Shown here piece after piece: positions 1 to 7,629 of a stretch of 38,492 nucleotides of DNA. The stretch spans positions 1 through 38,492 of the IMG/VR virus record IMGVR_UViG_3300030503_000212. The stretch is one strand, 5' to 3'. The DNA comes from a virus. The position numbers and the translations under genes are program-made. The first letter of the stretch is position 1. The number at the start of each line of letters is the position of its first letter. Below the pieces are notes generated by a model. The model made no database searches, was not told the DNA's origin, and saw only the letters and a program-made list of their open reading frames with translations.

Positions 1-1
1 T

Positions 2-160
2 GTAGCTGAGTTCACTACCAAGGTTGATCCTGTCAAAGCAATCTCGGGACGGGACATCAAGCAACTGCTTAAGCTGGTTAAAAAGTATTGTGCTCAAAAG
101 AATGTCAAGATCAGTACACAGGCTTTCCGGGTTTGTGCTGTGTTTCGCGGAATCAAATAA
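2..160 (+). CDS. hypothetical protein, 5'-truncated by window edge
   Basis: Frame 2 is open from the window start (VAEFTTKVDP...FRGIK) to TAA 158-160; same strand as neighbours. Confidence 0.6.
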   Translation, partial: VAEFTTKVDPVKAISGRDIKQLLKLVKKYCAQKNVKISTQAFRVCAVFRGIK

Positions 161-201
161 CTTACTGTTGCATCAAATAGCATAACGAGGTATGGACAGT
201 A

Positions 202-642
202 ATGGCAGACAAAAATAAAGATTGGTTGGACGGAACTGACATTCCTACCTACAACTTGACTTATCGTGTACCTGATGCGAAATATCGTGTAATTACTGTT
301 GACGATTTCAATGGGTTAGTTGCACAACGACGGCGGGTACATGAGGTTGAGAAACTCAATACGCCGGAGATCGAGGATTTTGTTAGGGGTATCGAGCGTG
401 AGGCCAAGCATCAACGTGTGCGGTGGGCAACTACACACGATTCAGGTAAAACGCCCGAGGATTGGTTCTGGCTCATCGGATATTTGGCTGGGAAGTGTCT
501 GGCAGCATTTACCGCAGGGGATCGTGATAAGGCACTTCACCACACAATCAGTACAGCAGCTGTGCTTTTGAACTGGCACGCGGCCATCAAGGGTACAAGC
601 AACAGTATGCGTCCGGGGATCACGGAACCTAAGGGTTTGTAG
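202..642 (+). CDS. phage protein, C-terminal half possibly MazG-like all-helical NTP pyrophosphohydrolase fold
   Basis: GAGG upstream; HDSGKTPEDWFWLIGYLAGK...ALHHTISTAAVLLNW resembles common phage MazG-like proteins; family call tentative. Confidence 0.55.
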   Translation: MADKNKDWLDGTDIPTYNLTYRVPDAKYRVITVDDFNGLVAQRRRVHEVEKLNTPEIEDFVRGIEREAKHQRVRWATTHDSGKTPEDWFWLIGYLAGKCLAAFTAGDRDKALHHTISTAAVLLNWHAAIKGTSNSMRPGITEPKGL

Positions 643-697
643 TTGGTCGAAACAGGCGTGGACAATCATGAGTGCTACGGTCGTATGGAGATAATCA

Positions 698-1297
698 ATG
701 TCACGAGCTGCTAAACCGAAAAAGATCGAAGTCTATAAGCATACCAAGTTGGGTGTTAGCGTTGATCTATGCTTTGACAAGAACAGTGCGCTGTTCCTGT
801 TTGAGTTGAATGGCAAAACGTACACAACTAAGTCAATGGATGAACTGCGTACGTTGGCACATCGTGAGGTTGAAAAGCTCGCGGATGTCAAATGGATACC
901 CGTTATCGAGGTACGACGTTTCGCGCCGTTTGCAAGTCATTCTCGAAAGTTTGTGGGGTTTACACAGAATCGTTTTTATATCGCCAAGAAAGCTGACGGC
1001 GGTTGGATTCAGAGGGACTGGGAGGATCGTTTTGATGACGGATGCAATGGGCTCACGTGGGCCAATCAGTTTGCGGGGCCGGGGTTTGAACTTTATAAAG
1101 AGGGTCAAGATAGTCATGATTCCGCTACCTACGTTATCGATTACACCGAGGGAGCATGGAACAATCTATTGCGTATCAGCGATCAGATCGAGATGCTGCG
1201 AGATAGGCTTAGCGACTTATTGATGACGAAGGCTGGTGTTGAGCGGCTGTCTACAATGAAAGTTGGAAAGCTATTAGGGAGTGGAGACGCGAAATGA
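698..1297 (+). CDS. hypothetical protein
   Basis: GGAG RBS, 199 aa ORF, stop overlaps next ATG (ATGA). Confidence 0.8.
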   Translation: MSRAAKPKKIEVYKHTKLGVSVDLCFDKNSALFLFELNGKTYTTKSMDELRTLAHREVEKLADVKWIPVIEVRRFAPFASHSRKFVGFTQNRFYIAKKADGGWIQRDWEDRFDDGCNGLTWANQFAGPGFELYKEGQDSHDSATYVIDYTEGAWNNLLRISDQIEMLRDRLSDLLMTKAGVERLSTMKVGKLLGSGDAK

Positions 1298-1476
1298 GTG
1301 AGATCCAATTGGCAACGAACATAGTACATTGGCCGGGCAACGACATTCCATCGTGTGATGCACACACCGCTGCATTGCAAAATCTTGGTCTAGTGCTCGG
1401 ATGCCCCGTTTCGGTAACGCCAATTACAACAGAAACTGTTTGCTATAACTGTGTGAACAAACCGAAAACATCATAA
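1294..1476 (+). CDS. small Cys/His-containing protein (possible zinc binding)
   Basis: GGAG RBS, ATGA coupling, CxxH and CxxC motifs. Confidence 0.65.
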   Translation: MSEIQLATNIVHWPGNDIPSCDAHTAALQNLGLVLGCPVSVTPITTETVCYNCVNKPKTS

Positions 1477-1490
1477 CTAACTGGTGATAT

Positions 1491-2399
1491 ATGCCTCGGA
1501 TAAAGTATCAGGATTTCAATTTCAGAGCAGAGACGTTGACGAAGATTCAGGTTGTCAATAATATCTTGTATAAGTTTGCAGCGAACGGTTACAACATGAC
1601 TTTGCGGCAAGTCTACTATCAGATGGTCAAAGCTAATCTCATTGCCAACAACGCGAGAGAGTATGACAAGCTCGGAACCGTGATAAACAACGGCAGGCTT
1701 GCTGGGCTCATTGATTGGAAACTGATTGTTGATCGTACGCGTGACGTCGAAAAGCTGCCGTCATGGAAAGACTCGAAAGAGATCGTCACCACGACAGCAG
1801 ATCAATTCCGCATCGATCAGTGGGCCACCCAGCCGTATCGTGTTGAGGCATGGATAGAAAAAGATGCCCTCAAAGACGTGCTGGGGCAGGTATGCGAATT
1901 GAACCATGTACCGTATTTCTCGTGCCGGGGTTACACATCACAGTCAGAAATGTGGGAGGGTGCCCAACGGTTGCTGAATTATCATCGTGATGGGCAGAAA
2001 TTGTTGATTTTGTATCTAGGGGATCATGACCCATCGGGCATCGATATGACGCGGGACATTACAGATCGTCTCAAGATGTTTATGGGAGGTGTTCCGGTTG
2101 AGAGACTGGCACTGAATATCAATCAGATTGAAGAACTGCAACCCCCGGAAAATCCAGCAAAACTTTCTGATAGCCGTGCGACGGATTACATCAAAAAGTA
2201 TGGACGTAGTTCATGGGAGCTTGATGCGCTAGATCCAGATGTGATTACAACATTAGTTCAGGATGCGATTGATCGGGTGAGAGATCCGGAGTTGTGGCAA
2301 GAGGCTGAAGATCATACTCATGCAGAGCGCGAACTGCTGGCTAAAGCGGGTCATTACTGGAATCAACTTACTGATGAGTATCTGTCTAAGAAAGCCTAA
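1491..2399 (+). CDS. Toprim-domain protein of the topoisomerase VI-A/Spo11/JetD-like type
   Basis: N-terminal winged-helix-like TLRQVYYQ; Toprim motifs WIEKDAL and GDHDPSG; C-terminal WELDALDP. Confidence 0.75.
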   Translation: MPRIKYQDFNFRAETLTKIQVVNNILYKFAANGYNMTLRQVYYQMVKANLIANNAREYDKLGTVINNGRLAGLIDWKLIVDRTRDVEKLPSWKDSKEIVTTTADQFRIDQWATQPYRVEAWIEKDALKDVLGQVCELNHVPYFSCRGYTSQSEMWEGAQRLLNYHRDGQKLLILYLGDHDPSGIDMTRDITDRLKMFMGGVPVERLALNINQIEELQPPENPAKLSDSRATDYIKKYGRSSWELDALDPDVITTLVQDAIDRVRDPELWQEAEDHTHAERELLAKAGHYWNQLTDEYLSKKA

Positions 2400-2410
2400 C
2401 GAGGTGATGT

Positions 2411-2992
2411 ATGCAGCTAACACGACAGTTCGCAACAAGGAAATTTATTATTGACGCATGGCAAAGTTTCAACGATGCTGGGGAGACAACAAATCTTTGG
2501 CCGCGTTGGGTACTTGATGCTATTGTCAGCAACAGCATATTTACCGGACCCGCAGGTGAGACTCGACTGGTGCCATCACCTGGGGCAAAGGCTGTGGAGG
2601 TCCCTGATGGTGCTTGGATCATCAAGAATGCTGACTCGACATTTTCTGTCCTGTTAGACGAGATTTTCAAAGTCCATTATGAGCCCGTGGTGATTCCGGA
2701 TACAAAGCCAGCGGTTAAAGCCCTAACCAGCACACCGATACCTCAGGAGCAGATTGATTTCTGCAAGGCTGTAGCTCAGCTGGCGATTCAACACGGATGC
2801 CATGAATTTACGTTGTCCTACCAAGTCATCAGCTATGCACAGCCTGAGGGCCATGCACAGTGGAGTGATGAGATCAAGGCACATTGGACGGGCAACCGTC
2901 ATAACGAAAACCGCAGCATGAATATCAGCTCACAACGTCGCGTGTACGTGAACATCGACGGTAACGGGATAGCTCAGTACGGCGAGTTCTAA
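2411..2992 (+). CDS. hypothetical phage protein
   Basis: GAGGTG RBS; segment GAWIIK...EIFKVHYEPV resembles a common small phage domain. Confidence 0.75.
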   Translation: MQLTRQFATRKFIIDAWQSFNDAGETTNLWPRWVLDAIVSNSIFTGPAGETRLVPSPGAKAVEVPDGAWIIKNADSTFSVLLDEIFKVHYEPVVIPDTKPAVKALTSTPIPQEQIDFCKAVAQLAIQHGCHEFTLSYQVISYAQPEGHAQWSDEIKAHWTGNRHNENRSMNISSQRRVYVNIDGNGIAQYGEF

Positions 2993-3010
2993 TTTACAAG
3001 GGAGATCCAG

Positions 3011-3331
3011 ATGACTGTTATCGAATTGATTGACGAGGTGAAACAGCACTACAAGATTGCACATGAACCCGGCAGCGAGTCGGATTCCATGCAGGTGCTG
3101 TTTTCTAAACGCGTAGACCCCGGTACGTTGATCGTATTGGTTGATGGCAAGGACGCACATCTGCCGGAGCCTGTCATGGTGTTTCTGTTGGTTGAGTATC
3201 GTTCAGATAACGAGATCATCGCTATGCGAGCGGATCTTGGTATGACGGTATTGAGACTCATGCAGGAGTTGCATCACGCTTACAGCATCATTCAGGAGTT
3301 GCGGGCTGGACAAAGCTCTATCGTGCATTAG
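3011..3331 (+). CDS. hypothetical protein
   Basis: GGGAG RBS, 106 aa. Confidence 0.75.
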   Translation: MTVIELIDEVKQHYKIAHEPGSESDSMQVLFSKRVDPGTLIVLVDGKDAHLPEPVMVFLLVEYRSDNEIIAMRADLGMTVLRLMQELHHAYSIIQELRAGQSSIVH

Positions 3332-3346
3332 TGTTGCAAACCTGTC

Positions 3347-3352
3347 TATAAT
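3347..3352 (+). promoter_or_regulatory. -10 element (cTATAAT) upstream of a structured hairpin
   Basis: Matches the recurrent intergenic CTAYAAT motif. Confidence 0.5.
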
Positions 3353-3388
3353 GCCAACATACGAGGTTGGCGGCGCAACCAACCGTTC

Positions 3389-3462
3389 TGATGCTCTAGG
3401 GGTGTTCGGGCTGTATCCCTTATCCCCAAGACTGTTGTATAGCCGGAACCCCCGGAGCATCA
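3389..3462 (+). ncRNA. long hairpin, putative small RNA or leader between two promoters
   Basis: tgatgctct-agggg-tgttc-gggctgtat pairs with gtatagcc-g-gaac-cccc-ggagcatca; pyrimidine-rich loop. Confidence 0.5.
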
Positions 3463-3467
3463 CCCGC

Positions 3468-3473
3468 TATAAT
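3468..3473 (+). promoter_or_regulatory. -10 element (gcTATAAT) for the HerA-like gene
   Basis: 9 nt upstream of ATG 3483, no SD: near-leaderless. Confidence 0.55.
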
Positions 3474-3482
3474 GCCTACGTT

Positions 3483-5255
3483 ATGACTAAATCTATTGAT
3501 GCACAAGACACTATTGAGCTGGGAATTGTCGCTGATGGTCAACGCGTCAATTTGAGCTGGCAGGCACGCTTATCGCTGCTGATCCAAGCAGCATCAGGCG
3601 GCGGCAAGTCTTGGCTTGTGCGGCGTATCGTAGAACAGTTATTCAGCAAGGTTCAGATTATTGTTGTCGATGCTGAGGGTGAGTTCCCAACTCTCAGGGA
3701 AAAGTACGACTTTGTGTTGGCGGGTAAAGGTGGAGATGTTGCCTGCGATCCGCGTACAGCTAAAGCATTGGTAAACATGCTGCTGGAGAAAGGTGTATCG
3801 GCGGTTCTAGACATATCAGAACTTTCTCTTGCCACAGGTGCGCGTCAAAACTATGTCAAGTTGGTTGCCGAGGCATTGATTGAGGCTCCTAAAGAGCTGT
3901 GGCATCCGGTAGTGGTCATCTTTGATGAGGTGCATTTGTTCTGCACAGAGCGGGGCAAAGGTGAGGCTATTTCAACAGCTGCGTTGATCGATGTGTGCTC
4001 TCGCGGTCGTAAGCGTGGCATCATTCCCATATTTGCTACACAGCGTATGGCCAAGGTGAGCAAGGACGCCATAGCAGAGTTGCAGAACTACCTTATCGGC
4101 GGGACATTCCTAGATAGCGATGTGAAGCGTGCGATTGAGCACCTGGGGATCGAGGGACAGGATAGGGCTAAGTTTGCTAAGCAGATCCGGTTGTTGGAGT
4201 CGGGCGAGTTCTGGGCATTGGGCCGTGCGATCTCTCGGATACCAGTCTTGTTTCACGCCGGACCCATTCAGACATCACACCCAAAGATGGGTGAGTTCGT
4301 ACCACCTGTGCGAGTGCCAGTAAACATTCAAAAACTGTTGCCTAGCTTTGCTGAATTGGTAGATCAAGCCACAGACGACGGGATGACGCCTGAGGAATTG
4401 CGGACTGAGATTGAGCGCCTAAAAGAGATGGTGACGCGACTTACTGCTGAGGCAGCTATCGATGGTGAGCCAGTTGTACAGCAACTTACTGTTGAGCAGA
4501 TGCGAGAGATCCTAGCCCCAGAGATCCAAGCTACGTTTGAGGCTGAGGCTCGAAAGATGGTCAAGCCTCTATGGGACTGGGCTAAGGCAACGCACAACAC
4601 AATTACGAGTGTTGAGCTCCCACCTAAATTAGTGTTGCCGCGAATTACTGTAGCTCCCGATGTACAGGACCGTCATGAGAAAGCTACAGATCGCTCACGC
4701 GTGGCGGCAGAGCTCGTATTAAAACCACGTTCTCAGGGATTGTCTACGATGGCACTTGCCCAAGCCAAGACGACTACCAAGGCACGCGAGGCTGGTCTCA
4801 AGGCGGGCATGGTGAACATCCTGACTACGGTGGCGGCTTGGTATCCAAAGGGCTTGTCAGAGACCCAGGTCGCTATGCAGGTAGGCATGAAAAGTGGTGG
4901 TAGTACATTGAGGCAGTACCGTGGCTCATTGGTCAGCATGGGCTATCTGGAGCGCCGGGACGGCTGGCTGTACGTTACAAGTGCTGGTTTAGAGGTATTG
5001 GGTGGTAAACCAAAAGCACCCAAGTCCCAGGCAGATGTTATTGAGCTGTGGATGGCAGTTCTCAAAAAGGGTCAGCGTGAGTTGCTAACGCTTTTAGTAC
5101 AGTCCAGATCTATTAAGTTATCAACATTGGCTACACAAGCAGGAATGACTCCGGGTGGCAGTACGTTTAGACAGTACATGGGTACTCTCAAGACAACCGG
5201 ATTAGTGAACGTTTACGATGGCGTTGCTACACTGAACAAAATCGAACTGCCATAA
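3483..5255 (+). CDS. HerA/FtsK-superfamily (DUF87-like) ATPase with coiled coil and two C-terminal winged-helix-like repeats
   Basis: Walker A ASGGGKS, IVVDAEGEF, Walker B VIFDEVH, RGRKRGI, ATQR; repeats GMKSGGSTLRQY / GMTPGGSTFRQY. Start moved from 3351 to 3483 because 3351-3482 is promoter plus hairpin. Confidence 0.8.
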   Translation: MTKSIDAQDTIELGIVADGQRVNLSWQARLSLLIQAASGGGKSWLVRRIVEQLFSKVQIIVVDAEGEFPTLREKYDFVLAGKGGDVACDPRTAKALVNMLLEKGVSAVLDISELSLATGARQNYVKLVAEALIEAPKELWHPVVVIFDEVHLFCTERGKGEAISTAALIDVCSRGRKRGIIPIFATQRMAKVSKDAIAELQNYLIGGTFLDSDVKRAIEHLGIEGQDRAKFAKQIRLLESGEFWALGRAISRIPVLFHAGPIQTSHPKMGEFVPPVRVPVNIQKLLPSFAELVDQATDDGMTPEELRTEIERLKEMVTRLTAEAAIDGEPVVQQLTVEQMREILAPEIQATFEAEARKMVKPLWDWAKATHNTITSVELPPKLVLPRITVAPDVQDRHEKATDRSRVAAELVLKPRSQGLSTMALAQAKTTTKAREAGLKAGMVNILTTVAAWYPKGLSETQVAMQVGMKSGGSTLRQYRGSLVSMGYLERRDGWLYVTSAGLEVLGGKPKAPKSQADVIELWMAVLKKGQRELLTLLVQSRSIKLSTLATQAGMTPGGSTFRQYMGTLKTTGLVNVYDGVATLNKIELP

Positions 5256-5282
5256 TACAATAGAAAGTTGAGGCACACTCCT

Positions 5283-5660
5283 ATGATGATGACTTGGATC
5301 GATGTAGACGATACGACACAAACACCGTTTGACGGTGAGACAGTTCTGTTGAGCATTGTGGAGACGTTGGGTGACAACCAGAGTCCGAAGGTTATCAAGG
5401 CCGTGTATAGTGCCGTGACATGCTCGTACGACTCGTTAGAGCTGCAACCGTTGTCGGCATCATCGGTCGGAGACATGATCTCCATTTGTCCGATGTACTG
5501 GATGCGGATCATACCCCAAGTCAAGCCAACCCTTGTTAGTGAGATCACCAGCTCGCCTCAGAATGGTTATGTGTTGTCGTCTACGGGTTTGTATGTGCTG
5601 GTACTGGGAACAGAAACGAATGCGGTGACGATGGAGTATTTCTTTGTAGTTGGTCCATAG
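5283..5660 (+). CDS. DUF551-like phage protein (paralog 1)
   Basis: GAGG RBS; W-I-D...PFDGETVLLS...YWMRIIP pattern shared with next gene. Confidence 0.6.
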   Translation: MMMTWIDVDDTTQTPFDGETVLLSIVETLGDNQSPKVIKAVYSAVTCSYDSLELQPLSASSVGDMISICPMYWMRIIPQVKPTLVSEITSSPQNGYVLSSTGLYVLVLGTETNAVTMEYFFVVGP

Positions 5661-5698
5661 TGCTGCACAACAGTAATTTAAAACTGGAGGGATTAATT

Positions 5699-6145
5699 AT
5701 GCAGATGCATTGGGTGGATTGTGGAAAGCCAGAGCGGCCTTTTGATGGCGAGGTAGTTTTACTTAGTGTTGTACATTTTCAGTATGGTGAGACACGTCAA
5801 CACATCTTGGCAGCAATTCCTCATATTGTGATTGGAATTTACAACGGTGTGAGGGATAGCTACGATAACCTCGATTTTAGACCATATTCTGTTGATGATG
5901 CACACGCTTTGCAGGCTTGGGCACGACCTATACCGTATGTGCAGCCATCAATGCTAGACTCAGTTCTCCAGGCCAGTCCTCAATACAAATTGCCTGAGAT
6001 TGTTGAGAGCGATGATGGTATGAGTGAGGATTGTCCGATTGTGTACAAGAACGTGCTGAAGACTGCTGTTGGTCGGCAATTTGGTGTGTTGTGTTTTGAA
6101 TGCGATACAGAGCCTGTACCTGTATTTGACAATACGCAACAGTAA
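5699..6145 (+). CDS. DUF551-like phage protein (paralog 2)
   Basis: GGAGG RBS before ATG 5699; HWVD...PFDGEVVLLS...AWARPIPY. Confidence 0.65.
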   Translation: MQMHWVDCGKPERPFDGEVVLLSVVHFQYGETRQHILAAIPHIVIGIYNGVRDSYDNLDFRPYSVDDAHALQAWARPIPYVQPSMLDSVLQASPQYKLPEIVESDDGMSEDCPIVYKNVLKTAVGRQFGVLCFECDTEPVPVFDNTQQ

Positions 6146-6168
6146 GTGAGATTCTTTGAGAGTCACGC

Positions 6169-6174
6169 TATAAT
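6169..6174 (+). promoter_or_regulatory. -10 element driving the RNA cluster
   Basis: gcTATAAT about 7 nt before G6181; a CAAC-N5 motif copy lies at 6137. Confidence 0.6.
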
Positions 6175-6183
6175 GGTTTCGGG

Positions 6184-6273
6184 ACGGGGATGGCGGAATT
6201 AGAAATTGGTATATGCCGTGCATAGCGCTAGGGTTGAGATACCCGTGCAGGTTCGACTCCTGCTCTCCGTCCA
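6184..6273 (+). ncRNA. tRNA-like RNA (Leu/Ser-type long variable arm) with truncated anticodon arm
   Basis: Acceptor ACGGGGA/TCTCCGT; TGGCGGAATT..GGTA D arm with insertion; variable arm GGGT-TGAGAT-ACCC; T arm GCAGG-TTCGACT-CCTGC; anticodon arm only GTGC-ATA-GCGC. Confidence 0.75.
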
Positions 6274-6343
6274 AAGGTTTTTAGTAGCAGGTGTTTGATT
6301 GAGGTTCGGCCATCTGCATCTTTAGTTGAGTGAGGAGCATCAT

Positions 6344-6544
6344 ATGTCTGTATTACAACCGTACCAGCAACGAGTAGTACAAGAGCGTGACGAGCTGCAA
6401 GAGAAAGTGGGCAAGCTGGCGGAGTTCGTGCGGTCTCCGGGGTTTGCCGATGTAGCCACAGACGACAGAACTCTGTTGCTGGAACAGTATCAAGCGATGA
6501 CTGAGTACGTGATTATTTTGAGCAGGCGTATCGCACGGTTTTAG
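6344..6544 (+). CDS. small coiled-coil phage protein (crAss001_48-like)
   Basis: GAGGAG RBS; YQQRVVQERDELQEKVGKL...Q..AMTEYVIILSRRI pattern. Confidence 0.75.
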   Translation: MSVLQPYQQRVVQERDELQEKVGKLAEFVRSPGFADVATDDRTLLLEQYQAMTEYVIILSRRIARF

Positions 6545-6605
6545 GTTTCAACAGTAAGTGGCTGCTTAGAGCAGATCGTGGTTTTGACAATAGAAAGTTT
6601 GAATT

Positions 6606-6690
6606 TGTTTGGGGACGGTCGGGTCATTAATCTGCCATGTAATGTAAGACCCCGCTTAGATAATGAGATGCATGGAGCCGTTCCTAAACA
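6606..6690 (+). ncRNA. structured RNA module M1
   Basis: 14-bp closing stem tgtttggggacggt/gccgttcctaaaca with G-U pairs; three crossing internal complementarities. Confidence 0.6.
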
Positions 6691-6693
6691 TCC

Positions 6694-6898
6694 GAAAAGT
6701 ATTGAGGCCGCTCGTAGCGTGACAGAGATGCGTTAGCAGCGACTGCTCAGGGATCGGGCTCGAAAGAGAACCTCTACTCTGTGACGGTTAGGCTGGGGGC
6801 TGCTCCCACTCCAGATGTACAACAAGTCTTGCGCTTGCGTCGTGGTTATAAGGCCGAAGCTGACACAGTGTCAACTACGAGCGACCTCAATACTTTTC
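6694..6898 (+). ncRNA. structured RNA module M2 (205 nt)
   Basis: 24-nt closing stem with one mismatch, extended by tgaca/tgtca; internal hairpins agcag-cga-ctgct and ctc-gaaa-gag; acagag/ctctgt. Confidence 0.7.
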
Positions 6899-6905
6899 AG
6901 AATGT

Positions 6906-6980
6906 TGCATCGTAGCTCAGTGGTAGAGCAGCGCCCTGTTAAGGCGACGGTCGTAGGTTCGATACCTACCGATGCAGCCA
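6906..6980 (+). tRNA. tRNA-Asn(GTT)
   Basis: Acceptor TGCATCG/CGATGCA-G-CCA, D arm GCTC-AGTGGTA-GAGC, anticodon loop CTGTTAA, T arm GTAGG-TTCGATA-CCTAC. Confidence 0.95.
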
Positions 6981-6985
6981 AATAA

Positions 6986-7179
6986 ATCGGCGGCGATGAG
7001 TAGACAGGACAGTTTGGCCACCTGACACTTTGTGTTGAGTAAGACTGTTCGCGCTGGATTGGAAAAGACTAGCTGGGAGTGAGACCCGGTGCCCTACAAG
7101 TGGCTAAGGGCTATGTTGACGATGCCAACCGTGACCGCAAAATCCATGCTGAGAGGCCAATGCCACTCAGTACGCCGAT
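6986..7179 (+). ncRNA. structured RNA module M3 (194 nt)
   Basis: Closing atcggcg..tgagt / actca..cgccgat; internal gacagttt/agactgtt, tggatt/aatcca, ctggg-agtgaga-cccgg, gccct/agggc; crossing ttggcc/ggccaa. Confidence 0.65.
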
Positions 7180-7306
7180 GTTGAGAGCTTACGGTAATAG
7201 TTGGTTGTGAAACCTCGTGAGGAGCGGAACTGCACTACTGATGTGAATCAGGAGCGACGGCGTTCTATCTGTTAGATCCATACTGACAAGCACGTAAGCT
7301 CTCAAT
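7180..7306 (+). ncRNA. structured RNA module M4
   Basis: Perfect 13-bp ttgagagcttacg/cgtaagctctcaa; internal ctgat-gtga-atcag (GNRA), cctc/gagg, tgttag/ctgaca. Confidence 0.65.
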
Positions 7307-7322
7307 ACTTTTCGGTAAAAGT

Positions 7323-7415
7323 TTCCCGGTGGTCGGCTGGGCCGTAACTCTCTTTACGCGTTGTGCTGGTGTGCATAGCAAGTTCACAGAGGAGCGGAAT
7401 GTAGACCATCGGGAA
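7323..7415 (+). ncRNA. structured RNA module M5
   Basis: 12-bp ttcccggtggtc/gaccatcgggaa; internal cgtaa-ctctct-ttacg whose loop complements downstream agag. Confidence 0.6.
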
Positions 7416-7421
7416 TTCAGT

Positions 7422-7519
7422 TGGGAGTGTGGGGTAATCCACCTTAGTCAGATACCAAGGGCAACGGCCTTTACGTGAATGCCTCGAATCCCGGTTAGTT
7501 CTGTAGGCCCACACTCCCA
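7422..7519 (+). ncRNA. structured RNA module M6
   Basis: Perfect 12-bp tgggagtgtggg/cccacactccca. Confidence 0.6.
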
Positions 7520-7526
7520 GTGATGT

Positions 7527-7629
7527 ACGAATGTAGCTCAGCGGTTAGAGCGCTATGGACCTGCGGAGGAGAAATCTGTTGATGCAAGCAAAGGTTCTGA
7601 GGTCATTGGTTCGAATCCAATCATTCGTG
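7527..7629 (+). ncRNA. tRNA-like RNA with anticodon arm replaced by a larger structured domain
   Basis: Acceptor ACGAATG/CATTCGT, D arm TAGCTCAGCGGTTAGAGC, variable AGGTC, T arm ATTGG-TTCGAAT-CCAAT; about 45 nt in place of the 17-nt anticodon arm; no encoded CCA. Confidence 0.75.

Noticed and set aside
3408-3445. Y RNA identity for the 3389-3462 hairpin
   Set aside because: Only ggctg/tagcc flanks resemble it; no bulged-C Ro-binding helix and no Ro60 gene in the window
6694-7179. RNase P, SRP, 6S or raiA identity for M2/M3
   Set aside because: No GAGGAAAGUCC, no SRP helix-8 motif, not a 6S-like rod; only a short AGTGAGA resemblance to raiA
7205-7250. Hammerhead ribozyme in M4 (GAAAC ... CTGATG), also CTGATG at 8148
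   Set aside because: Core reads CTGATGT rather than CTGANGA, and there is no UH cleavage site after the stem following GAAA
7339-7400. Pistol ribozyme in M5 (6-nt loop pseudoknot followed by GCG)
   Set aside because: Lacks the A-rich linker after P1 and a P2/P3-flanked GU cleavage site; pseudoknot imperfect
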